A DNA stretch of 64,000 nt from positions 1-64,000 of the forward strand of contig NIVC01000124.1 of assembly GCA_002269645.1 (NCBI GenBank), given 5' to 3'. This stretch comes from Macrostomum lignano. Taxonomy: Eukaryota. How positions within the stretch are numbered: position 1 is the first letter of the stretch; the number at the start of each line of letters is the position of its first letter. The notes under the pieces were generated by a model, which made no database searches, had not been told where the DNA came from, and saw only the letters and a list, made by a program, of their open reading frames with translations. Positions 23,696-35,600 of the stretch are shown piece after piece. The translations under genes were made by a program, and so were the position numbers.

Positions 23696-26240
23696 CTACC
23701 AGCAGAGCGCCACGGTAAAATCGTGCATCTCGCAGCAGAGATACACTAGACTGTGAGTAGAGGCATATCACATGGTGTACAGAGAGAGTACAAGGGCAGA
23801 ATTCAATCGGACACGCAGGACAATTGTGGCGGCCATCGTGAATGACAAGGACGTCGACCACTGTAGGAAACGAGCTAGACATAAAACTCAAAGATTATAA
23901 TTTTTTACGAGGCAAATTTCCTGGATAAAATACACTGCAGATCGATCAGATATGGGACAATTTTTCTCATCACAAAATTTACGATTGCGTTTGATCTGGG
24001 GCAGCTTGAAGATTACGATCATCGACATCCGGATGGCTTTCGACTGCGATGACCACTACGATCAGCCCGCCTACTTTTCAAGCCGATGAAGGCGTACACC
24101 TTTCTGGAACCGGCCGTCCTCGCGGCAGGCTGAGACCCCGGCCGTAGGATAATACACAAGGACGACTAAAGTAACGTATGATCTACTTAAGTAGTCCTTT
24201 GATAATACTACACACATTTCTTTAATTTAGCATGCACATAAAATGTTACTCTGTTGTGATGTAGGCGCGACTCCTGGGCCCCCATGCACTAAATTTTTGT
24301 GCACCCAGCTTCCTTTTTCCCTAAGCCGTGATTCCCGCGCCTCGGCGTGTACGTAAGTCCTTGTTTCGGCCAGCACTATACCCCTACATGTACATGCAGT
24401 AGACTGTCCTTGTACAGCTGTATGCCTTGCATACCTGAGTCCCTTAATCGGTTATTTCTAATACACAGGGGTCAAGAACCTTCGTCTTTTACAGACCGGG
24501 AGTCCCGTCTCGTTAAGTGGGAGTTTTTAACGGGTGTACTCCTGCACAGGTGACTGCATATGGCCCGAGTCGGCCACGCCTGTGGAATGCATCTGTATCC
24601 CTTTAAACACCCCGCGGGCGGGCCCGCTGTCTAGATAAAGGGATCTTAATTTGGCCTCAACGTATTTAGCTACCGCACCATCCAGAGGCGGACAAAGTCT
24701 AAAGGGACGAGACCATGGTAGCTGTACCTGAATGCAGCGCCAGAGCCCAGGGGTGGCACAGATGTTTTCATGCTGCCGCACGGGTTAAGTTAATTTTACG
24801 CCGGATGTATTTATTACGTACAGCTGCATAGTTGTGTAGCTACGAGTATATAGAAACTTCGAAAAGAAAGAATTGAGGATTGAATTCACATACATGTACC
24901 ATATGGTTTACTGAGTCTCTAAAATTAATTGTTAACTATTCATTTACATGTACATGTATACAGTATACATGTACTACATAGCGATAATTATAGCGATGCG
25001 ATAACAACAATATATATATATATATTCCTGTCCGGCTCTCCAGCCTATTTCTAAAAAATTGACCGTAGTGCCCTTCTACTTTAGTTTTCCAGTGGCGTGA
25101 AAACGAGAGCGTCCAGCGACAGATCTGCGCGCTTTGTAAAAGATGTACACATTGTTCATTGTATTAGAGAGCAGAATTGGCTTAGCGTGGGTTGTGGGAC
25201 GATCTTGCCAAAAACTTTGCATTAGGATGCCGACAGCGCTCGAGTCATATTATTTATTTTATAAAAGCGATTGTATTTGAAGCTGCTTACGTATTTGAAG
25301 CCAATTTTGAGTGGTCACAAAATCGTTGTATAGATTTTTCGTTACTTAGTGCATTGCTTGTGCAATTCATTAGTTAATTTATTTTTTGTGTGAATAAGCT
25401 GTATATTAATACTATTAAAAACAAAATGAAACATTAACTCCACGCAATATCGTAAATTTTTGTTAAAATATATGCGTTGACCGAATTGAAAATAGCACTT
25501 TTTTAAGCAAGACGTGGAGGTTGCCAGCATTCTATACATTTGATCTTGAAATATAGTTAATAAAAGCCATTGAACTTTGCGTCATTGATTAAAGCGTCAG
25601 GAAACTTTCAGGTTCTCAACACCATTTAAAAATTTAATAGTTTGTCTATTCTATTTGTGATACTTTATTTGTTTCTATAGTTTTGTATTTCTTTTTGACT
25701 TTATTCTGCAATTTAGTTTAAAAATAGTGCATTAGTAAAGACGAATTTTGTACTCACTGCTTACATTTCGAGTACAAATAAAATTAAAGTAAAATTTACT
25801 GCTTCTGTATCTAAATTTCAAGCATATCTAGTACAAAAGATTGGTTAGAATGGGAATAAAAGTTTATTGATATAAATAAAATAAATATTATATTGTATTG
25901 ACTCTGTTAGTCTCTGTACTTTTGAAATTTTGTTTAGTCCTAAAACTCAGTTAAAGCTCAAATTTCTTAGAATTTAAAAAAGTATAATAGACCCTACCTT
26001 GGCCTATATTTTTGGTGTCATCGTTTTGTAAACTTGTCTTTTTTATAAAAAAAGATGACATTTTGTTTTATCCCAATGTGAGTTTTGAAGCTACATATAT
26101 TTATAAGAAGTTTTTCCTTTCATTCTAGTTTATTTTGCTTTTTATTCATGTCACATTTTGCATATTTTCATAATTTAATTTAAATGATAATATCTATAAA
26201 AATTAACATTCAATGATTCAAGTAGAAAGTTAGCTGTTTA

Positions 26241-26849
26241 CCATAGTCAGGAAGTGTCCAGTGTACGCAGGAACTAATTCTGGGCAAAATTAAGCCTGTA
26301 TGCTAACTAATGTATGCCATTTTTTTAGCTTCATTTCAAACATTACGCTGTACATTGAAGTCCTTTTTCTGCATAAATTTTACGCATAAGTTTTATTTGA
26401 ATGTACGTGTTTTTGAAATTGAATTTTACAAAAGAATGGACTACTTTATTGCACGCAACAATTTGAAAAAAATTGAAAACAGAAACAAATGAAACAATTC
26501 TTTTTTCACAAAAGTGCAAAATAACAATCTTTAAAAATAGTTTTCCATTATCTATTTACATTTTATTATTCTTTAATTTTTTCAATGGTCATAAATCAGC
26601 AAAGACATACGATACAATGCAAATGAGATTGAATATGATTTGTAAAAAAGGTCACAGTGCTTACTTATGTACGCGGACATTGGTTATGATGCCGCCAGTA
26701 AAATTAGTATGCCGATTTTGTTGTTCTGTTGTGTGTGTACGCAGATACGCAGATACGCCAGTTTTCTGAAGATCTGTATGCCGAAACTGATTCTAATGGC
26801 CAGGTGTATGCGGGAATATTCCTGCGTACGGACACCTTCCTGACTATGG
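26241..26849. mobile_element. 609-bp non-autonomous TIR element with 8-bp TSD
   Basis: ~33-bp imperfect TIR CCATAGTCAGGAAG-TGTCC...GTACGCAGGAA / TTCCTGCGTACGGACACCTTCCTGACTATGG; perfect TSD GCTGTTTA (26233-26240, 26850-26857). Confidence 0.85.
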
Positions 26850-29800
26850 GCTGTTTATTGATATTTATTGTTTGCATATTGTCATTTTTGACTAGTCTAT
26901 GCCATGGTTAGAAAGATAGCAAAAACAATCTAACAATCTATCTTATGCTTCTAAGCCTATACTCTTTATATTTTTTTCATTAGACTCCTTAATAGAATTA
27001 GATTTATAAATTTTTATAAAATATATAAATAGCTTTTGTTTATAAATAATGAAACATTTAGGAATTTAAATTATATCTATAGTTAGAAGGAAGGTATGTA
27101 TGCTAGAAATTTTTAGAGTTAAATTAAAGAAATTTGCCATATGTATTGCTATATAAAAAAGTGATTAGGGTTTTGGTATAAAATATATCCTTAAAAAATA
27201 TATTATTATTAATAGTCACAATAGTTTTCAACACATATAATTGTAAAATTTGATAGCCCTTTTATCTGAAACTGATTACACCCTATTGTTTACAAGGTAA
27301 AGATTTGAAATTTCAACAAAAATGTACAAATTCTACTTTTGTTCTTTATATATATTAAATGTTATACAAATATAACTAATACTTTTAGTCTTAAACTTTG
27401 TCTAATTGAAATTAAATATAAAATCACTAGTCTAGTCTTAGTGTTTAAAAATTGACAATTTATAACTTTGTATAAAATAATAGATTAGGCATTAGAGGTT
27501 AGACACTATAATCTTATAGATGCACTTACTATGCAGGAACATTTTTTGGTTGCTAACCAAGTTGCACATGGCGGGCTACCAGTAATTATGCTTTACATGT
27601 GGGCCCATGAGGCCTTGCAACAAAAATATATCTTTTTGCACTTGCAACAATAAAGGACCTTTTTTCTATTGCAACAATTATATATATATATTACACAATG
27701 ATTTTTTTAATTGATACGAAAAAAGAAGACTAGGACTAACATTAAAAAACAATAACCAAATTTTGTAATGCCACCAATGTAATTAGTACATGTAAAAATT
27801 TTTGAAAATGTTTGCTATAAATAAACATTTCCTATAAATGTTTATAACATTTAGTATGTATGCAGACAAACTCTAACAAAAGTTAATAGTTTAACAAAAT
27901 AAAAAATGTTTTTGTTACATCAAAAAAATACTGAAATTGTTGAAACATATATAGGAAAATATTAATTTTTTAGGAAAATAAAAAACAAAAGCATATTTAT
28001 ATTAACAAGACCATTAATTCAGTCTAATAAATGTTCAATTTGGTCCTAATAAGCTACACTATTGACTGTCTTGAATCCACTATACATAGCATGCCGATGT
28101 ATTATTCAAGGCCCCTTTGCATGAGAATTTTTACCAAAAAAGGCTTTTATAAGACAGGGTTAGACAATATCAAATTGTTGAGATTTTCAAGACTTGAGAT
28201 CTTTTGAGATAATTGAGATTCTATATCAAGATTCAAGATAAGTCTAATTTGTATATAGTAGGCCTATTAACATTATTTTAATTTATCAATGTTAATGTTG
28301 TTACTTGTTAAATGTATATAGAATGATAACAAACACAATAAAACCTATAAATATTTAATATTGAGCTTATTAATAACTTAATATAAGGTCTATATCAAAT
28401 GTAAGTATGATACTAAATAACATTGGCAAGCTTCTAGATAGAGCAGTTTATAGATAAATAAATTCAGTAGGCCTAGCTAAAGCCATAAATAGAGCAATAT
28501 ATAAGGCAGTAAAAGTAGCAATAGATGGAATGGTAAATAGAGCAATAAATAAAGTGATAGATAGACTAGTTGATAAAGTGATTGAGCAATAGAGTATAAA
28601 ACATTTTCTAATGCCATTTTAATCCCTTTTGGCCATAGACATCATTTTCTACTATGGCACTACCACTATATTGTAGCACTGATTCAAACTTAAAATTAAT
28701 ATTAAGAAACAAACTGCCAAAATATTATAGTCACAAATAGTGATTATTGCAAATCTTGACTTTTTTGAAATCCTAAAACCAAGATTAAGATTAAAAAATG
28801 CCAAGATCTTCACAATAAAAATTAAAATTGATATCTTGTCTGACCTTTATAATTTATGGCATATATCAGTGTAGATCATAAAAATTCGTCACTTTTTCCA
28901 AGGTACATTGTAAATGTTTAGATCTATGGTTAGATTAATGATAATTAAATGTTTTATTATTAAATTGCAAAAAAAATTACATTGCATACTTAAGACCTCA
29001 ATATATATTATGATTATGTATCAAAACAATCATCCTTTAATATCCTCCTTTTTATTTTTTTTTATGTCATTATTTTCTGTGGCAAAGGCTTCATTTTTAA
29101 CTATTAATATTATGTTTTTTGTTACAAAACTTTAAATTGACATTTTTTTGCTTTTTAGAAATAAAAATTATAATATATATATTTTTTTCATTTATTAATT
29201 TCAAAAACCTTTGAAAAAGCTTAAAAGTAACATTTATATTAGGACTATGCCATAGTCAAAAACATGTCTACTGTACATCAGAACATTTTTGGACAAAAAT
29301 GCACCAAGAAAAGGATACTCTGTCCTCCAAAATTTAGTTATTATTCAGTAGTTGTCATTATAACTATTTCTACCACTTCTTCTAATTATAGCCATATCAT
29401 CAATAGAAAAGCAATGTAAATTAGATGATTTACCATTTTGGGTCAACCATCTTGCTGGCTTTTGGTTCATATATGCCCTTTATTCCATTAATTCATATAT
29501 GCCCAACTTTGAAATTTCACTTAGCCAATATGATTTAGTTTTCCCAAAAATTGCAACTTGGCTTGCCTCTAGTTGCCCTTCAGTTGCCTCTGGTTACAAT
29601 TTAGTTACCTCTAGCTACAGCTAATATTACCTCTATATATTCTTTGTTTTTGTCTATTTCCTTGTATTTTTTCTTTCTTGCCTCTTTTTCTTTTTTTTCT
29701 TATATCCCCCTCTTTTTTGTCCAATTCTTTGGGTTGGCATTTTTGCAACTTTTTAGCTGGCTTAGGTATGCAATTACCTTGAAAAAATAACTTACCAAAT

Positions 29801-30218
29801 TGGCTGGCTTAGCCAAGTGTAGGGCAGCAGGACGGAATTCTTGCTCAGAGGAAGGGAAATGCGTGCGCACATTTTTGGAGCAGCATGCAAGTGCGCACGC
29901 CAGCTAAAAATAAGAGAACTTGAGCGCGCATAACCATGTTGTGTGCAAATTTTATCAAATTTTAACAATCTAAGTATTTTGTGTACATTTGCTACTATTT
30001 TTGCTTTTCAATTATGCAATTACAAGTAAGGCAACAAAAAAGAAAATGATACACCTGCATAAATGACAATTTTAGTATAGTAGGTTTTTATCATACTTAG
30101 TAAAGTTGGATTGATGTATATTGTCACGGAATTCAAATCGAAATATAGCATTTCATGTACATGTTTAATTAAAATAATGATTTTTCTTTGCCCTTCCTGC
30201 AAGTTACATGTAGCTATA

Positions 30219-30469
30219 CAGTGGCAGATCTAGTTTTTTTTGGGGGGGGGGCAGTCTAAGTTTTGGGCGCCAACACAAGTATAAGGGTGCCAATTTAGGG
30301 CCCAAAAAAGGTGTATAGGGGGCAATAAAATATAAGTGTAGGGCACAAAAATAGTGTTTTGGGGCGAAAATCAAGTTTAGGGGGGGGCACTAACTTAGGT
30401 TTTTTGGGGGGTGCACTATGTTCCATCAGGCTACTTATTTTAGGGATGCCCCCCCCAATTCCGCCCTTG
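30219..30469. mobile_element. Degenerate Harbinger/PIF-like MITE
   Basis: Ends CAGTGGCAGATCTAG...GGGGGGGC and GCCCCCCCCAATTCCGCCCTTG, resembling CAGGGGCGGATC-type TIRs; TSD not clean. Confidence 0.4.
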
Positions 30470-32635
30470 TAGCTAGATTTACATTCAACCCTCTCTATGC
30501 TGCGTCATCCCACCTTCATTTCTGTCCTTTTCTCTCTGGTCTGCATGCCTAGGTACAAGTACAAACCTCCACTCTTGTTTTTCTATCTACCCTACACTTC
30601 ATGTACGCTAGGCTTATTATTAGTGTCCCCTCATTCTAAAATTCAAGACAAATATAAGTTTTGTTGCACTAAGCGTGCTGGTGGGCTGGTCCATTTGTGG
30701 GTATTGCCTGTGAGAGTTGCTGTAATTGTTTACACATTATATAGCAAATGATTTATTGAGTCAAACTTCTTAACAAGTAATTGTACATGCATTGTTATTC
30801 CTTTCAACTTGTGTATAAATGCTAGTCAGATGTTACAGTCGGCATTACACAAGGTGGCCCAACTGTGGTTTAACATAATTTTTTTGGACCGAACTGTGCT
30901 TCTAAACCCACTATTTAAATATCCAGGGATGGTATGTAGATCACATGCAAGTGGACATGCCACAATCTTTAAATACTTAGACGCGATTTCGTTGACTAAA
31001 TGTTAGATTAGAGAGCTGATAAGTGGGAGGCACCAATTGATTTTTTTGCAACTGCAAGGCTTTATTTTTTTGCCTCCCCACCACCTGTGTCCAGTGCAAT
31101 GTCAAGAAGAATGCACACAGTTTGATCAGCTTCTTCAAAGACTGGTTGAACTGTGTATGATTGTTTTATAAGTGCTGCCTTATCCAGAATACAGCTGTCA
31201 TAATAGCGTACATCAGTTTCAACTTTAAAAACCTGCTGGAGGCGCAAATTCTCTTCAATTTTTATGGAATTAATGATTTGGCACTTAATTGGCTTTTTTG
31301 ACTTGGAACATACAAGTCACTATATCCCATACAGAGCAAGGTTACCCCAAAAGAGGGATTCAATAACATTCTTGTACTTTATATGTATGTAACTATGGTT
31401 TCCAAGTATCAGTTCCAAAAATACGAGTAATATCCTTTTCATATATTCTCTTTTATATATGGTAGTTTTACCTATATAAATAATACTCTGATTACAAATG
31501 CATTAAAATTTATAAATGACACCTGCTTATTAAAAACCTGATTAAACACTTTGATAAGGCTATTTTTGTAGTGTAGAGAAGCAGACGCACACTAGAACCA
31601 TAGAAAGAAGTAGAGATATAAGTGTGATCTGTCATTGGATTTTTCTTTCTTTTTCTTTATTCGATTGTATATTTATATAATAAAATCTATACACTAGTTT
31701 TGTACTGTCTGTCTGTCTTTGATTTTTTTGACAACCATCAGGCTATTTTTTTCAAATTGTAATTATTTAGCAATCATGCATAACTTTTTTGATAAAAAAT
31801 TCAAATTGAAAGTGGGTAAAATATTTGAAAACAATTTTTTTATGCTTTCAATTGGCATTGTTTCTAAATTAAATTGTTCAGTTCAACCATTTAGGCCTCT
31901 TCCTGGCCTTAGTATGTACATTAACAATAAAGCTAAGAAGTTTTTTGGCCCCTCATGTGGCAAGTTCACCATTTACCTGTCTAATAGACACACAATAAAG
32001 GAGGGGGTAGGGGTTTAAAGCTGGCCTGAAATGCATGCATTGTGCATATTTTATTGACCCCCAAAAACTGCTCTGATCTTGTTTGTGTTATTTTACAACA
32101 CAGGGTAGCACAGTTGCAGATAGTGGCAAGCTAGTAGGCCCAACTAATTCAGATTCATTTGGCAAATTGGTATTTAAATTTATACTAATTGGAAATGGGT
32201 CAAATATAAAAAAACAATGTTTTCTAATGATTTCATTGTTTGAAGTCTGAATTTAGGGCTTAGTGCATATTAGGCATATATTTAGTAGTGCACTAGTAAA
32301 TAATAAATATATAGGATACATTATTATAGTACATTCTAATTTATTTTATAAATATAGTACATTCTAAATATAGTAAATATAGTAAATTATAGTACTTTCA
32401 CAGGGTTGTACTATAACTATAATACTAATTAATTAATTTCAGTCTTAAGTCCAACGCTCTAACTAACCACTAGGCTATGAATTATCAATACCATAAAAAT
32501 TCAAAAAGTATTTCAAATCTTGTTTGAAGTTATTCTTAAAGTGCATGCGAACTAGTTATTCTCATGTATGATAAATCTACTAGAACTTAACAATTGCTGC
32601 CTGCAGACATCAGCTGTAATAAAAATTGCAACACC

Positions 32636-35600
32636 ATGCTTCGGCCTGGCAACAAAAAGAAACGCCGTATCCTGATGCTCGACCAGCTTCCCTCGGTTAT
32701 TCTCGCTCGAGTATTTTCCTATTTGAACCAGCAGACCCTGCTAGAGTGCATGCTAGTGTGCAAGTCATGGCACAAATTGATATTAAGCGAACCGCAGTGC
32801 TGGCGCTCGCTGAGAATTTGCACTAGCGATCTGACCGATGCTTTAGTTGGACAACTGTGCACCGGAGTCTGTCCGGGACTTGTCAGGTTAGAGATCTACT
32901 CAGCTGATTGGCCAGAGCCACCACAGCAGCCAGGGCTGGATCGCAATGCTAGGAAAGCGCTTGTTAGGCGCCTGTTCAAGTCTTCGGAATCATTGAAATC
33001 GTTCAGTTTAAGACTGTGCTGTTGTAGGCATAGTAATGCTATAAAGGTATGATATGTAGAGTTTGATATTCTCATTTTATTGAGTATTGATGCCAAATAT
33101 TTTCTAGATAGTCTAGGAATTATCTAAACATATCATTAGCAATCATCCATAAATCTCACTAAGAACTTTTTAAAAATCTCAATGAGAATCGCCTGAAAAT
33201 CTCGTTGAGAATCGTCTGAAAACCTCATTGAAAATCGTCTAAAAATCTCAATGAGAATGGTCTGAGAATCTCAATGAGAATCATTTAAAATCTCATTAAG
33301 AATCGTCCTAAAATCTCAGTGAGAATCGTCTGATAATCTCATAGAGAATCGTCTAAAAATCTCAGTAAAAATCGTCTGAGAATCTGATTGAAAATCGTCT
33401 AAAAATCTCAATGAGAATCATTTAAAAATCTCATTGATAATCGTCTGAGAATCTCAATGAGAATCGTCTTAAAATCTCAATGAGAATCGTCTGAAAATCT
33501 CAGTGAGAATCGTCTGAGAATCTCAATGAGAATCATTTAAAATCTCATTAAGAATCGTCCTAAAATCTCAGTGAGAATCGTCTGATAATCTCATAGAGAA
33601 TCGTCTAAAAATCTCAGTAAAAATCGTCTGAGAATCTGATTGAAAATCGTCTAAAAATCTCAATGAGAATCATTTAAAAATCTCATTGATAATCGTCTGA
33701 GAATCTCAATGAGAATCGTCTTAAAATCTCAATGAGAATCGTCTGAAAATCTCAGTGAGAATCGTCTGAGAATCTCAATGAGAATCGTCTAAAAATCTCA
33801 TTGAGAATCGCCTGAAAATCTCAGTGAGAATCGTCTGAGAATCTCATTGAGAATCGTCTGATAATCTTAATGAGAATCGTCTTATAAATCTTGCTAAGAA
33901 ATCGTCTTAAAATCTCACTGACAATGTCCCTTAATCTCTAGAGAACATTAGACAAATCTTTGGAAGACTGTCTTTAATCGTTTTTAAAATCTTCTACCAA
34001 ACAGACAAGTCGGTCCGGCAGTGTCAGCGGCGGCGGCACCAGTGTCGATTGGCTGTCGCCCGACACCATTCTGAGTCAGCTGGCGCGCAAAGGCGGTCGC
34101 GCTAGCACGCTGTATTCACTGACGCTGCGCGCCGAACGGCTGACAGATTCAGGAGTGAAAAAACTCACCGGCGGTGCCGGGTGCGCGCAGCTGCGGCGGC
34201 TGCACCTGACGGCCTGTCATCGGCTGACTGACTCGGCCCTGGCTGGCCTGACCGCATCTGCGCCTTTGCTGCACTGCCTGCACATTGTTGACTGTCCGCT
34301 GGTGAGCACCGGGCTGGGGAGACGCAGCGGTGCTTGTTTCCACTGATTTTTATAGTCACATGTTACAGCCTCTTACATCTTCAGATTGAGCTCTCATTAC
34401 TGATTCTCAGTTGCTGAGCCCATCTCCCAGATCCTCAGTTGCTGAGCCCATCTCCCAGATCCTCAGTTGCTGAGCCCATCTCCCAGATCCTCATTTGCTG
34501 AGCCAGTCTCCCAGATCCTCGAATGCTGAACCAATCTCCCAGATCCTCAGTTGCTGAGCCCATCTCCCAGATCCTCAGTTGCTGAGCCCATCTTCCAGAT
34601 CCTCAGTTGCTGAGCCCATCTCCCAGATCCTCAGTTGCTGTGCCCATCTCCCAGATCCTCAGTTGCTGAGCCCATCTCCCAGATCCTCAGTTGCTGAGCC
34701 CATCCCCCAGATCCTCAGTTGCTGAGCCCATCTCCCAGATCCTCAGTTGCTGAGCCCATCTTCCAGATCCTCAGTTGCTGAGCCCATCTCCCAGATCCTC
34801 AGTTGCTGAGCCCATCTTCCAGATCCTCAGTTGCTGAGCCCATCTCCCAGATCCTCAGTTGCTGAGCCCATCTCCCAGATCCTCAGTTGCTGAGCCCATC
34901 TCCCAGATCCTCAGTTGCTGAGCCCATCTCCCAGATCCTCAGTTGCTGAGCCCATCTCCCAGATCCTCAGTTGCTGGGCCAGCCTCCCAAATCCTCAGTT
35001 ACTGGGCAGCCTCCCAGCCCCCAGACTTGCTACGAGTACTAATGCCATTAAACTGTCAGATCCTCGAACTACCTGATCCCCAAACTTTCACATCACAGAA
35101 CTCACTAAGACTTTCCACGCGACTCTCATCAGTATCTACAGTGGATGCAACAATCACGCACAACCGCCCCCCCGCTCCTCCAGATATCTGAGCGCGGGCT
35201 GCAGCGCCTATCCAGTGGCCGCGGCAAAGACGGCGGAAACGCGGCCTGCTGCCTTCGCGAGCTGACTTTTGCCGGTCAGCACCGGCTGGCGGATCAGGCC
35301 AAGGCCGCCCGCGTTATCGGCGACATCGGCAGCTGCCTTGAACGATTGTCTTTGGACAGCTGCTCGCCGCACTGCACCCTGTCCTGTGATCAGTCTATGC
35401 TGGGCGGATTCCAGTGCCTGACTCAGCTGAGACTGACGGCTCTGTGCTTCATTGGCGATCCGGGGCTCGCGGTGCTGGCCAAGTGCTGTCCTGGTGAGTC
35501 ATTAGCGCAGTCACTTTCCTGTGCTGCTGGTTGCTCGGTTATGGGTCTTGGGGATCTGGGAGGCAGTGGCCCAGCAACAGAAGATCTGGGAAGCTGGTGG

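Noticed and set aside
24060-24160. Possible hammerhead ribozyme or Penelope end (GCCGATGAAGGC...)
   Set aside because: The conserved CTGATGA/GAAA core and stems could not be assembled.
30850-31250. Minus-strand peptide (EEADQTVCILLDIALDT) resembling a non-LTR RT motif or the DOCK FEEEADQ segment
   Set aside because: The similarity is too short and degenerate to support; at most an ancient LINE scrap.
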